A DNA stretch of 64,000 nucleotides from IMG/VR virus record IMGVR_UViG_3300042256_000025; one strand, written 5' to 3'. The notes beneath the pieces were generated by a model. It made no database searches. It was not told the DNA's origin and was given only the letters and a program-made list of their open reading frames with translations. Position numbers and translations under genes: made by a program. This DNA is from a virus. Lineage: Duplodnaviria > Caudoviricetes. Of this stretch, positions 29,858 to 42,500 are shown piece after piece (position 1 is the first letter of the stretch; every line of letters starts with the position of its first letter).

Positions 29858-31459
29858 CCTTCTGTCCACTGTAGTCGCGACACTACAGCCGGTGTGCTCA
29901 GACACCCGCCCTGGGCTTTCCCCAGGGAGCAGACTATATCTTCGCCCTTACTCTTAAGGACGGACGCCGTTTGGAGCCACCACTGACTTGTGGCCCTACA
30001 CCGAAGCAACTCGGTTAGCCGTTGAACTCATCCCTTAGCCTCAGCCTTAGGGACTTCGCTGCGTCGGTTGCCCAATCCCCACACGTTTTTACCCTGCCCC
30101 TCGCTTCCATTACTGGGAGGGGTATTACCATCTATTTCTAGCGGTAAGTGGTAGTGTGGGGCTCTCAGGGGGTTCCCGCAGTTAGACGTCGTACCCAGTA
30201 CCTTCTGTTACTGGGGCGCACTAAAGTTCTTTAAAGTAATATCCGCAATATTCCACATTTGGTTGCTTAAGCCCACGACGTACATCATTGTAACTGATGC
30301 CTAGCTCCCTAACACAGTCACCCATACACGCAAAGTATCTCTGCTTCCCAGTATCCACGGCAGTCACCAGAAATGGTCGACCTCGCATCCGCTTAGCCCA
30401 ATCTACGAAGGGGTCGTCTACAGTGCGCCATGGGTTAGGGTCAGACTTTCGTTTAACCAGAGCGTAGCGGTCATCCAGTTTAAAAACTGGCTGCTTGTCA
30501 CCTTTGGATAAGTGTGTTGTCATCGTACCAGAAGTCACCTCTAACGCCTCAGCGGCGGCATTCTGACTCGAGTACTCCACTACTTCACCCGTGCATAGCC
30601 ATTTTACTAGCACTTCATTGCCATGGTATACCGGATGTTCGCCTCTACTCACTGCAAGCTTAACCTCACCAACTTTAGCTTTCCGCCAACTCTCCCGCTC
30701 ATATATGCCGAGGTGTGCAGAGACGTCCACCCATCCAACGAATTCACGCTCTCGCCTGAACTGAAGGCCATCTTTAAATAAAAGCTCTAGTGGCGCAGCT
30801 AAGCGTTGCTGGATGGTGAAAATAGAAAGACCTGTTGCAGCGGCGGCGTCAACGACTTTATCGAATCGACCCTCTTCACCTGTCCTTAGGTTTCTCCAGA
30901 CCACAGCCGTTGTAGCCTTCTTACCTAAGTCGGCAACCTCAACAAGGGTACCGTTGTGGTTCCAAGGGTTCGTTTTTCTGACACCTCTAGCCATTGTACT
31001 GGGGTGAATGCCAATCGCTTTGGACGCTGAGACTCTAGTGGGGTATATCTTTACAGTGCCGTCGGGGAACGTTACCTTTGTTTCCTGGCCATGGGGAGTT
31101 AAACCGGTGTCAATGGCATGTTGTCGGTTCTCAGATCCACTACACCATTCTAAATTTGTGTAGTGGTTATTTGACTTCACGCCATCAATGTGGTTAACTT
31201 GTGTCTTGGTAGTAGGATCAGGATTGTCCACAAATGCCAGCGCGACTAATTTGTGAACTTTAATCCCCGAAACTGACTCGTATCCACGTGACGTTACTGG
31301 GGTTCTAAACTTTCCCCTAGCCACGTCGTAGATCCTGCCATCCGGATAAATGCGGAAATTTGGATATTCTTTTAAAACTTTAAATTCGGCTTCCATTGTC
31401 CATGACTCATGTTGTTAATGTATACCATACACAGTCATAGTTACAATTTAACCTATAGT
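29858..31459 (-). mobile_element. group I intron (1602 nt) with an HNH endonuclease gene in the P1 loop
   Basis: Exon ends in U, intron ends in G; P AACUGCGGGAA, Q AACCGACGCAGC, R GUUCAACGGCUA, S AAGAUAUAGUCU; P1 GCGU|ACUA pairs with UAGUGCGC at 30223-30216. Confidence 0.9.
30221..31396 (-). CDS. intron-encoded HNH homing endonuclease
   Basis: VHKLVALAF...QVNHIDGVKSNNHYTNLEWCSGSENRQHA; C-terminal NUMOD1/IENR1-like repeats. Confidence 0.92.
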   Translation of the reverse strand: MEAEFKVLKEYPNFRIYPDGRIYDVARGKFRTPVTSRGYESVSGIKVHKLVALAFVDNPDPTTKTQVNHIDGVKSNNHYTNLEWCSGSENRQHAIDTGLTPHGQETKVTFPDGTVKIYPTRVSASKAIGIHPSTMARGVRKTNPWNHNGTLVEVADLGKKATTAVVWRNLRTGEEGRFDKVVDAAAATGLSIFTIQQRLAAPLELLFKDGLQFRREREFVGWVDVSAHLGIYERESWRKAKVGEVKLAVSRGEHPVYHGNEVLVKWLCTGEVVEYSSQNAAAEALEVTSGTMTTHLSKGDKQPVFKLDDRYALVKRKSDPNPWRTVDDPFVDWAKRMRGRPFLVTAVDTGKQRYFACMGDCVRELGISYNDVRRGLKQPNVEYCGYYFKEL

Positions 31460-34344
31460 ACGCGCTTTGGGTCCATTAGGTCCGAACCTGGACCTAGTAA
31501 ACCGGTTGTAGAGATCAGACTACTGATGCCATCTTTATCAAAATCAAACCGATCGGTTGTACCCCTTAGTGAGTTAACCTTCGCATTGGGGGTCATGTAG
31601 GTGCGTATGGCTACCTTCGCACTGTCTGGCGTTGTTTCAGAGATGGTCCCCATGTCGTTCGGGTGGAAGATACGGGTCCGCTTAACCATGGTTTTTGCAG
31701 ATCGACCACCCTGACCGGTGTAGGTGACACTCTCCTTTTCCTTTAGGTTATGGATCGGGTTAGACTCTTCAACCAACATGGTTGCTGGGTCTTTGAGAAT
31801 ATCGTCCCACACGGCGTTGGGGCGTAAGGAGACCTGTGCACTGCCTGGGTGACCGGCACTGCGCTGCTCCCGTACCGCCTGTACGAGTTGGTTATATACA
31901 AAACCTGAGAAGCGCTCATATCCACGAATACGCATTTGAGAACTGTCCATTTCCTCTGTATGCTCATCCGTGGTTAGAAGTTCGGCCGCTCGTAGAATAA
32001 GGGGAATGAATTCGGTTGGCTCCCCCATCTCAGTAAGTAGCTCTAACGTAATGGGATCAATGAACATATCCAACATGAGGTCAAGCTCACGTAGAATGTG
32101 ACGGCCAATCCCCATGGATGCCAGTACCTCACCGTAGACACCCTTGCGATTAAAGTCGGATGCAGGCAGAGTACTGGTGATTCCCTTTACCGTCCGTAAA
32201 CCACTTAGTACCATGGTACCCTGAGCATGACGGGTATCTATAATCAGGGACTCATCCTGGAAACGGATACGCTCTTCGTAGGGTTCCATTGCAGGACGAG
32301 TGGTTTTATCAATCCAGCGATGGGGGATCTTCAGGGCAGCGATTAGCTTATCCAACCCCATGAGATAACCGAGGGCCAGTGCGACGGGTACCGCTTTACC
32401 GTATACATTAATATCCGCAAACTCGATAGGTCCATCGCCCCAGGCAGGGTTAACGACAGCGACTAGCGAGCCTATAGGTTCTATAGTGGTATCGGTAACG
32501 ATGTGAATAGTTCCATCCATCGACATGGCGAGTATGGCCTTTCTACGGTTTGTAGGTTGGCCACAGGGGGTTAGGTTAGCCTGTACGGCTTTAGATGTAA
32601 GGGTCTCTCCATAAACCTCAACCCAATCACCCACCGTAAAACGAAACCGATAGTCTCCACTGGTAAACTCGGCGACTTCACGGGCGACGGCTGTAAAGGG
32701 GCGTGGAAGGCGTTCTTGTGGAAGGGGCTTGGTGGTATAGACAATACCAGTTACGGTTTCGTCATTTACATCCATAGCGGCTTTGGTAATCTTACTGAGT
32801 AACCAGCGACTGTAGTTGTTAACCGCCTTGGGGTTGCGGGTTACGAAGATTTTACCGAAGTACGAGGCCAGGGATACCTTATCCGGGGCTACCTTTCGAA
32901 TGGGTAGGTCAAACTTCTGGTGGTCCAGTTTGTACTGTACGCCAGCTACCGTATAAATACCTTCTTCATTCACAACCGGTAATTTAAAGGTAAGCTTAGA
33001 CGGCTTACCAGCGATTGGTACCAGATCTACAGTATAGACCTTATAGTGGTTAAGGGCATCGCTGCGCTCCTCAACCGCATAATCTTTAACCAAAACGCCG
33101 GCATTCTGAATCGAGACCACGGCGGCCGCGACGTCTGCCTCTAATAGTTCTTGGACATAGCGGCGATCGAAATCCTTTAGCGTAGAGCGCAGCATGGATT
33201 TATCCAGGACAGCGGGACGTTTAGGTAAGTTCTCTTTACGGGAATCTATTTTAATAGCTTCGGGTTTAGAGGTAATAAGGTTTTCCAGTGTGCCCTCACC
33301 CACTGGATTGGGCAATGACTTGTAACGGGTTGCCATCTCACTTAAACGACGCTGTTCAGCGGCGCTGAGCATGCCATTACTGCCTAGTCCTTCAATCTGA
33401 CGGTTAACGTGGTCTTCCCCGACAACCTCAATACTACCTGGATAGAGCCCTGAGGTTGCCTCCAGAATAGAATCAGCAGGTGACTCATCTGCTTCCAGTA
33501 CCTCTTCTTCACTCATCTCATGTTCAGGTACAGTCTCAGCGGTATCTGTAACAGTGCGGGTTTCCAGAATACGGGCCAATGAAGAAAGTAGGTATTTGCG
33601 AACTTCTTTAGGTGACTCCAGTCCCCAGGTTAAAAAGTCATTGACGTGTAAGAAAGAAACCTTACCCGATTCAATCCAGGCAACCATAACGTCATGGTTA
33701 AGTGCATGTAGTGGATGCTCAGGGTCTTCTACGGCCAACCAGAGTTCACGGATGAAGAGACGACTCAGGTCCATCCATCTCTCATGTCTGGAGATCGGTA
33801 TGGGGTTGGGTAGTTGATTGAGCTCTGATAGTGTAGGGACTAACTCAGGCAGTGCCAGGGGAACTATGTGTACGGTCTCTTCAGTGCCGGCTGACAGCTG
33901 TGCATAGAGGGTGGAGAGTCGGTTGGTGAGCTTATCCATCTCAACCGTACGGCTAACCGGGTAAAGGTATTGGCCCTCAACCAGTGAATAATCAAAGGCG
34001 ACTGCGGCCTTCATGTAACTTAGACTGCGGTCTAAATCCCGACTGCGTGTAATCGGTGCCTGTGCCTGTTTAAAATATTGCCGTTTACTGGCTTCCAACG
34101 GCACTGCCTTTTTACGGGGATTGCCAACCGTGGCCACCAGGTCCTCTACGTGATGTACAAAGACCCGTCCAGCACCGGCAATCAATGGATGGGTAGACGG
34201 AATCCCCGTCTCAGGTCCATCGATAAAATGCAGTACGCTGTGATAGGGCAATGCAATGGTATTTATATCGGTGATGGTGGGTGACATGAGCTGGGTGACC
34301 GTACGGGCACATAGGCTCCGTTTAAACTCGATATACCGAACCAT
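31460..34344 (-). CDS. rpoB: virion RNA polymerase beta subunit (phiKZ gp178-like), exon 1
   Basis: RIRGYERF, VTYTGQGGRS, GTISETTPDSAKVAI, DPKR; AAGGAG RBS. Confidence 0.9.
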
Positions 34345-34353
34345 ATTAACTCC

Positions 34354-34515
34354 TTACTTAAATCCAGTGAAGCTACGCAATACGCGTTCAATGGTTTCTA
34401 TGTTTGATCCGTTCGCTAAAGACCCAGAGGCATCTACGTAGTTCTCAACTGAGTTAAGCTTAGCGTCAATTTCAGCTACCGCATCTTCTGCAAACACAAA
34501 ATGTGTGGAAACTCT
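34354..34515 (-). CDS. rpoC: virion RNA polymerase beta-prime subunit (phiKZ gp180-like), exon 2
   Basis: 53 codons RVSTHFVFAEDAVAEIDAKLNS...FTGFK-stop following the intron terminal G; stop overlaps the RBS of the next gene; not in ORF track. Confidence 0.8.
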   Translation of the reverse strand, partial: RVSTHFVFAEDAVAEIDAKLNSVENYVDASGSLANGSNIETIERVLRSFTGFK

Positions 34516-34931
34516 CGTTCCATTCAAGTCAGACGCTACTCTGACCCCGCGGCTTTACCCGCTGCCCTGGCTTTCACCAGGATACTAGACTATATCTTCA
34601 CCCACTACACTGACGTGCAGGGTGCTTCCCATTTGGGGCGGCCAATCGCTTGCCGCTCTACAGTGTGGCTACCACTTAGTCGTTGGACGCTCCCCCTAGC
34701 CTGTCTCCCGACAGTCCGTAGGGGCTTCGCTGCTGATCGCCCATTGTTACCTCGGGTTAGGCTTACGATCGCCATACCGAATCCCCATACTTTTTTCTAC
34801 TTTCGTAACCGTCGCAAATGCCCTTTAGAGCTGTGCTGTGGTGTTTGGGGCTTTAGGGTCTCCCAGTCAATTAGAGAAGGATCCAGCTGAACATTACTGC
34901 CCAGTGGGACGTTGATTGGTGACAATCATTC
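34516..34931 (-). ncRNA. group I intron (416 nt, no ORF)
   Basis: Exon ends GAU, intron ends GAACG; P AAUUGACUGGGA, Q GAUCAGCAGC, R GUCCAACGACUA, S AAGAUAUAGUCU. Confidence 0.88.
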
Positions 34932-36398
34932 ATCGCCATCGAAGTCAGCACCGAGCCCAGCTAACGCAAAGGGACTGACGATTGTAGTTGAGATGAATTC
35001 GCTCTTACCGGCTGTGTTTGGAAATTCAGGATACACCTGTCCCTCTGATTCCAACTCCCAGCTATCACTATAAGTGTGTAGAATGTGTGAGGTTACGGTA
35101 GAGCGCAAGTAGACCGTAGAGGGATACGTAGAACCCTGACCTGTAACTGGGTATCGGGTAATGTAACAACGCACGCGGTGTACGTACTGCTGGGCTTCAA
35201 TGTAGAAATACTCTGCCCAGGTTAACGGGCGTACTGTAGTGGTATCCTTATCCTCAGGTAGCTCAGCGATTGAGTCTAGTAGCTTGAAGCCTTTCTCATC
35301 CTGATAGACGAGTTTAAGGTAGTGACCGTTTACCATAATGGGTCGATGCCGGCGTTCGACTTCACTGAAAGCTTTAATTAGCTTAGCTCGACCGGCCTCT
35401 GTGGCCCAACTCACACGCTCCGACTCATCTAACTTCACCCGGTGAGAGGTAAGGGTTTTAGGATCAATGAGGTAAGGTTCATAATCGGCTTCCGCAATTA
35501 GGTCCCGTGCAATGCCGTTGGGCATTTGAAAGCCGGTCATAACCGGTTCGGTGCCTTTAATGAACTGATAGATCCCCACTTGTGTAGTGGTCAGGTCAAA
35601 GCTACGGGGTCCGTCCAGATCAGAACCCGCTGGATCCATAGCCGAGATTACGTTGGCAGTCGCAAAGGCAACTCGACGAGATCCCCATTTAGACTGTAGG
35701 AAGCCCTGTTTACCACCTAGCATCCCCATAATGATCGTCCAGATCTGTTGGACGGAGGATTGAATAGACCAGCGCGTTGCATTGAGCACGGGGTCGTTCT
35801 TAAAGGCGAGGGCTTCTGAAATCCCGTTGGTAGCGGCAATCACCTTACGGTAGAGCTTATTTATCTCCTGTTCAACCGGACGATCTTGCTCGTCAATGTC
35901 CAGATCCCGAAGCCCTGCTGGCATGACGATTAAAAAGTTAAGGACAGACTTGTCTCTGTACTTATTGATGAGATCAATGACGATATCACGACGATAGGAC
36001 TTGGTGCGGGGAATCTCGATCTCTTTAAAATGTTTCATAAAGAAGGCGTAGCCCGTTTCACCTTCAAGTACATCTGAACGTACGAAATCCTTTAACTCAG
36101 CGTCCCAGACTGCATATGCACGACCCTGCATAATGTCTTTATAAAGACTCTTTAGACGGGTAATGTCTTCAAAGACCTTAGGGTGAAGAATTTGGGTTCG
36201 CAGGTTAATGTACCCGTGGCGTGTCATGCGGCTGTCACTGCCGACGGGTCCAAAAATTAGGTCAGAGTAGAGTCCGGTAGGATGAAACTCTCGACCCTGT
36301 ATAAACATCTCTAATGACTTAACGGGTAAGAGCCCCGCAATGCGTTGGAGACGTGTGTCTAACAGTGCCAAGTTGAATGGTTTGCTTTTATTGGACAT
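34932..36398 (-). CDS. rpoC: virion RNA polymerase beta-prime subunit (phiKZ gp180-like), exon 1, catalytic motif
   Basis: GLYSDLIFG, TRYPV, GADFDGD Mg-binding motif at the exon end; spliced product 542 aa. Confidence 0.9.
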
Positions 36399-36511
36399 AT
36401 AGGGGTCCCTATGTGAGGTGGATCAAATCATTCCCTAAGTCAATAAACCACTATAGTACACAGCGGTTGAATCATCTGACAAGTGGTCAGTGACCTAAAA
36501 GGAGGTACTCT

Positions 36512-39500
36512 ATGGCCAAGTATGACGATGATGTTGATTTTGACATCGATAGCTTGGACGATCTCGATGTACCTGACATCGACATAATGCCCGACGATAG
36601 CGCGGCAGCAGATAACCGCACGCCCGCCACGCGTGTGGCGGACGGGGCACTCAAATCAATATTACGTACCAGTACAGCCCGTACCGCAGCCCGTGCGATT
36701 AAAGAGAATGCACTGCCGGAAGGCTATAGCATGGCCATTGATGCCGCGGATGACGCGCTGTCCTTAGGCCAGGATCTATATGATGCGGCAGCCAAAGAAC
36801 TTGAGCCTGCGGTCAAAGCGGCTCAGAAAATGCTCCGTAAAAGCCAGGAAAAGGCGGATAAATATCTACCTAAATGGCTGGCGGATACGGTTAAGAAGCT
36901 GGGTGGTGAGGCCGAAGAGGCTAGGCAGTATGTAGATCCCAATGAATCGGCGATTGCCGGTAGCCTGGGCGCTATATTTGATAAGTACCGCGAAGCAACT
37001 GCACAGACTGCGGCGACAGAAGCCAACCTGACGCTAGACGATAAACAGCGTTCGGTAGATCGCAAAATTACGATCGAACAGGGGAATCGCCAGTACAATC
37101 AGCTTACCACGATCAGTGAGGGCATCAGCAAACTGGTAGGGTATCAGGAGTCCGTACTCTTTGATTACCAACGTAAGAGTCTGGAACTCCAACACCGTCA
37201 ATATTTCGCAGCCCGTGATCTGTTAACTGTTACCAAGGCGATGGCAGATCAGAACATCCATGAACTGAAAGCCATTGTTAAGAATACCGGTTTACCTGAA
37301 GCGGTTAAGTTGCGGTTATCGGAACAGTACGGTCAATTAGCAAAAGCTGACATAATCGGACGTGTGCAAGGTAGCGTACACGACTTTATGTCTAACTACA
37401 CCTCTGACTTTCGAGACCGTGCTTTTAAGAAGATTACAGGCGCAGCCCGTGATCTTAAAGATGGTGTCCTCATGGGTGCCGACATGTACGAACAGATGTC
37501 GGAGATGGGTGAGACCATGGATGAGGCGGGCATTGACCGTGCCCGGATGGCGGGCGAGCAACTCGGTAACCTGGGTACCTCTGCAGCCTTTAAGTTTGGT
37601 GCTAGGGCAATTGGCGACCGTCTTGTTACCCGCAATAAGTACCAGGAGCGCAGTCGTTTAATAAAGATACTGGATCCCGATAACCGACTCTCTTCCCGCG
37701 CCGCTAAGGCATTAGAGGCCCGCATTCAGCAATATGAAGCTTCCGGTGAGCCTTTGGATCTACAGGCTTTGACGGATAAAGAGAGCTATGAGGATAAGCG
37801 GGTCGGTGAAGAGATTGCGGAAACCATCAGTGGTGACTCAGGTCTCTTCGGTATACGCAAACGTAAAATCAATGCGCAGTTTAAACGCGTACTGAATGCC
37901 GGTGAAACTGTAGAGCGTGGCCGCTTCCTACGGGGCGCGGACACCATGCAGTACTTGATAGAGAACGCCCCTAAGGTGGCAAACGACTGGGCCCGTTCGG
38001 GGCGCAGTGTATTCGATAACGTGGAGGTCGAGAATGAAACCCTACAGCGATTACTGGAATCTGGCGGCGTACAAGCCGTGGAAGACTTCATACGAGAACT
38101 GGCGCCTACGTTCAAGGAGTCCTTCAGCGTTAATTCAAACCTGCATGCTGATGCAGCTAATGCCGTTGGCTTTGATCTGCTTACCCGTCGTTCAATCATT
38201 GAGATTATACCAGGCTATCTCTCCCGTATCCTCCAACAAGTAACGACGCTCGCTACAGGGGAGCCTGCGGAGCGGATTACCTACTCTACTGAACGGGAGC
38301 AGTTTGTCGGCCAGTCGACTCAGGATACCATTGTTGCCAGCCGACTATTTGATCAGCGCAATGTAGATAACCGGTTAAATGATGCAGATGCTGTTACGAA
38401 GTTGTTAGGGGGCGAAAACCTTGACGATGACGTTAAGGCGGCGCTGAATCGAAGAATCCTCCAGTTAAGGGATGATGGTAGTACGCTCTCGCTGAAGAAT
38501 TTGCGTAAAACTTCAGTGGCTGGTGAGGATGAAGGACTAACCGCAGCGTTAGAAACGTTCTTAGACTCGGAGGATATTAACTTCGACTCTGAGAATAAGA
38601 TCAAGCTCTCCAGACTTTATGACCGTATTACCGCGATGACACGGGACGTTAACCAAGGACTGGCGGATACAAACAAGGTTGCGGATAAGGAGACGCTGTA
38701 CCGCTTGGGTATAGTAGATCCCAAAACCGGTAAGGTTAATGCGGAGAAGGTTAGAGCCTACATCGACGGAAGACTTAGACCAGGGGAAGGGGGAGAGGGG
38801 CCTGCACCGTCAGCCGACCCCAGTCCATTACCTGCACCAGGTCCAGAGACAGCGCCTATAACGGATGACACGCTCACGCACGAGTATTTGGATCTTATCC
38901 TAGACGCTATTACTAGCGGTAATAGTGGCACGCTAACGGCGATAGAGGGCATTCAGTTTGATGCAGCCGACATCGGTACCCACGAGCGGTTAGATGCAAT
39001 AGCCAGTACACTCTCAGAGGGCTTTGAGGGCACCTATGGTAGGTTAGACGCTATTACTAATAAGGCGGGCGAGACCGGTACCTTTAGTAACACGGTTAAC
39101 TACAACACCACTAGTACAGTGAATTGGGATGACTTCACGCCACAGCGTAAATTGTTGGTGGAAGAATTGTTCAGTCAGTTCACAACGCTGACCTCAACCT
39201 ATGACGGTATACCCATCGCTGTAGATTTGCGCTCTGAGGCACCCCAGGGTACGTTGGACGCCTCACCTACCCATGAGCGTTTAGACGCCATCCTAGACGC
39301 CATCAATGGTAATTTTGAAACCAACCACGTACTCCTACAAGCTGTTGCTGAAAATGCAGGTCGTGGGGGAGAGGGTGGTGGCACTGTCTCGGTGGAAGAG
39401 ATGGGGTCTGGGTTACTGGGCAAACTGCGCTCTGGTGCAGGTAGCTTAGTAGGAATGCTGGGTAGCTACTACAGTTGGCTAGGTCGTACGTCACTGAAAA

Positions 39501-42500
39501 CCGTACAGACGGCTAAAGATGCTGCACTGGATGTAGGAGATCGTGTACTTAAAGGCACGGGTGTAACCGGCGTACGGGATATCTACGTTAAAGGGAAGCC
39601 GGGCGTGGTTATCTCCGCGAAAGGCTTGCGTAACGGCTGGTATTTCGATGCTGAAACCAAAGCCCCTATCGCTACTATAGAGGACGTTCAGGGACCCGTG
39701 GTAGATCTGGATGGTAACTTTGTGCTCACCCAGGAAGACTATGACTTAGGGATTGAGGACCGCTTCGGCAATACCTTAATAGACGCCGGTAAGGGCCTGA
39801 TGCGTGGACTGGGTAAGATTTACGGTGCACAGTTTGCGTTTATGGGTGCGGTACTAAAGGCACCCCTAGCTGCACTGGACAAAGTGAAGGGTCGCTTTGA
39901 CGGGGTTAAGGACGTATATGTCAAGGGCGAGAGTACCCCCCGCATGCGTGCCCTACTCATGCGCAATGGTGGTTACATCTCCAGTCGGAGTCAGAAAGTC
40001 ATCACCCATCAAGGACAGATTGACGGTGAGGTATTAGACTCTAAGGGGAACGTCGTTATTTCCTTGGACGATATTGAGACGGGACTCGTTGACCGTTGGG
40101 GCATTGATATTGAGGCTAAGGGACTCAGTGGGCTACTGGGTGGGCTGGCAGGACGTGGCCTTGAGCTCGGCGGTAAATTGCTAGGGAAAGGCGCTAAACT
40201 CTACGGACAGTATTTGAAGGGCGTCGGTAAGGTTACGGCCGGTGCTGCGGGAGCGGCATGGGGTGTTGTTAAGGAAGGTGGTCGTCGCCTAGCCGGTGGC
40301 GGAGGCATGACGCGTGAAGAGATGATGGATATGTTCCGGGAGATGCAAGGGGGCGGTACCCCTGAGCTAGACCCTAGTGAACGTGAAACGTTGTCACTCT
40401 GGCAGAAGCTGAAGGATCAGAACCTTACCCCCGATATGTTAAAGTCCATGGATCTGGATGAACTGAAGGCCCGTATACCTGATCTAAACATGGATGCGTT
40501 AAACGTAGGATCCATGGAAGAGCTCACGGCTAAACTCTCTGAAGTAGGTGAGTCTGTCCGACAGGCGCTGACTGGCAATCAGATGGATATCGGTAGCCGT
40601 AAGTTACTACCTGTTTTAATAGAGCAGCTAAATGTACAGCAGGGTATCTACCGTCATCTGACCGGTGAGAGTTGGTCTGGTCCCGGTACCGACATTATCC
40701 GAGACAGCTACGACGACATTCTCGCTAACGATGATAATGTTAGTGGTTTGAAGGATACGGTTGCTAAAGTCACCGATAACTTCGCCCGTGAAGTCGGTAA
40801 GGAAGATGATGAAGAAGGTCACCGTGAAGGAAGCTGGCGTGATCAGCGGTCTCAGTTAACCCCTGAAGAAGTCAAAGTTAAGGAAGAGGAAAAGAAAGAA
40901 GAGAAGGAAGAAAGGAACTCTTGGCTTATGGACATCATTGGTTCGCTCGGTGGACTGTTCATGAGCGGCATTGGTGCGCTGGGTGATAAACTCATGATAG
41001 CGATGGGCATTAAGTCCGCCGCCAGTACAGCCGGTGACGTACTGGACGGTGTAGATGCCTTAGGTAACGCCAGAGGTACGCCTCCGGGGGGTAGGAAACC
41101 AGGTTTACTTGGTAAGTCTTGGAAGCTACTAAAACGAGGGGCTAAGGGTGCACGTGGGCTGCTTAAACGCGGTGCACTTGCGGCTGCGCCATTACTAGCC
41201 TCATCTAATGTAGGAGCTATGGCTCTATCAGGCGCTAGTAGCCTTGCATCTGGTGCCGCTGCGATTGGCGGTGCCATTGCGGCAGCGCCTGTAGGATTGA
41301 TTATTGGAGGTGCAGTTGCGGCAGGTGCAGCGGCTTATGGTGGATATAAACTCTGGAGCCATTTCAGGGATAATGCGTCCCTAGAGCCATTAGAAGCCTT
41401 ACGTTTCATGCAATACGGCATTGACACGACTGATCAAGAGTTCATCGCGCATGTACGTCGCATTGAACGTGAATTCATTGACGATGTCAGATGGGAAGGA
41501 ATGCGGGCTACCTTTAAAGGAGACCAACAGGAGTACTTTAAAGAGTTCGGTGAAGACATGGGGATGGACCTCACCAACATGAACGATGCTACAGAGTGGC
41601 AGACCTGGTTTGTGAAACGGTTTGGTCCAATACTCTTAACGCACCTGACTGTCTTGAAAAAGATTGATGACAGTGTGGATGTCACGGATGTGGACGATGA
41701 GCTGGATCCAAAGTACCATGCTGACTACATTAAGCGTGTTCAGATCACCGCTGAAGATGTCGCCAGTGGCTTCAATCCGTATGAATGGGTTGCCTCCCCC
41801 TTTAAGGGCCATGAAGTGCGTAACATGGTTGAAGAGATCTCAGAGTACACCGATGTACTACTGAAAGCAGCTGAAGCGGGTAACGTGGATGAGGTGGAGG
41901 TTGACTCTAAAGGGAACTTCAGTAGTTTAGTTGAAGGGGCTAAGAAGGTCTACGATAACGTGGCAAAAGTGGTACCTGGCGTTGCGCTGATAGGTAAAGC
42001 CGCGAGTACAGTCAGTAGCGCTGTCAATACGGTAACCGAGAGTGTACGTGAGAAGGGCGTGTTAGGTGCCGCTAAAGCAGGTATTACTGCGGTGGCGGGA
42101 TCCATACCGTTCATTGGAGGTTTCTTTAAAAAGGATGAAGAAGAGGAAGCTCAATCTAGCGGTAAACTTGCACCTGGTGCTAAGTGGACATTGTTACGTA
42201 TGATGATGTACGGCTTTGGCAAGGATACTAATCCAGATGCCATTAAGGCTGTTATGGAATTGGAGCGTAGGTTATGGAAAAAAACTGAATCAATTCGCAT
42301 AACTGGGGAGCTTAAGATTGATTGGTTTACGCTATACAGGGAGGTAGCTGTTAGCTTCAATCGCCATCCAGCCGATAAGAACGGTATGCTAAAGTGGATT
42401 AAGTGGTTTAAAGATCGTTTTGCTCCAGCCTTTGCAGTCTACGTATATGCATTACATGCAGCTACAGGGGAGGATAGTCTACTGGATTCGGACGCTCGCC

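Noticed and set aside
29858-30009. N-terminal 50 aa of the ORF-track protein 28750..30009
   Set aside because: This is intron ribozyme sequence read in frame; RNAP similarity starts at NLGSVQQ.
30221-31396. Intein or free-standing endonuclease splitting RNAP into two genes
   Set aside because: Stop codons flank the ORF, there are no intein termini, and a complete group I core with correct U and G junctions restores one frame.
34501-34890. 129-aa plus-strand ORF
   Set aside because: Antisense to the group I intron core; no protein motifs.
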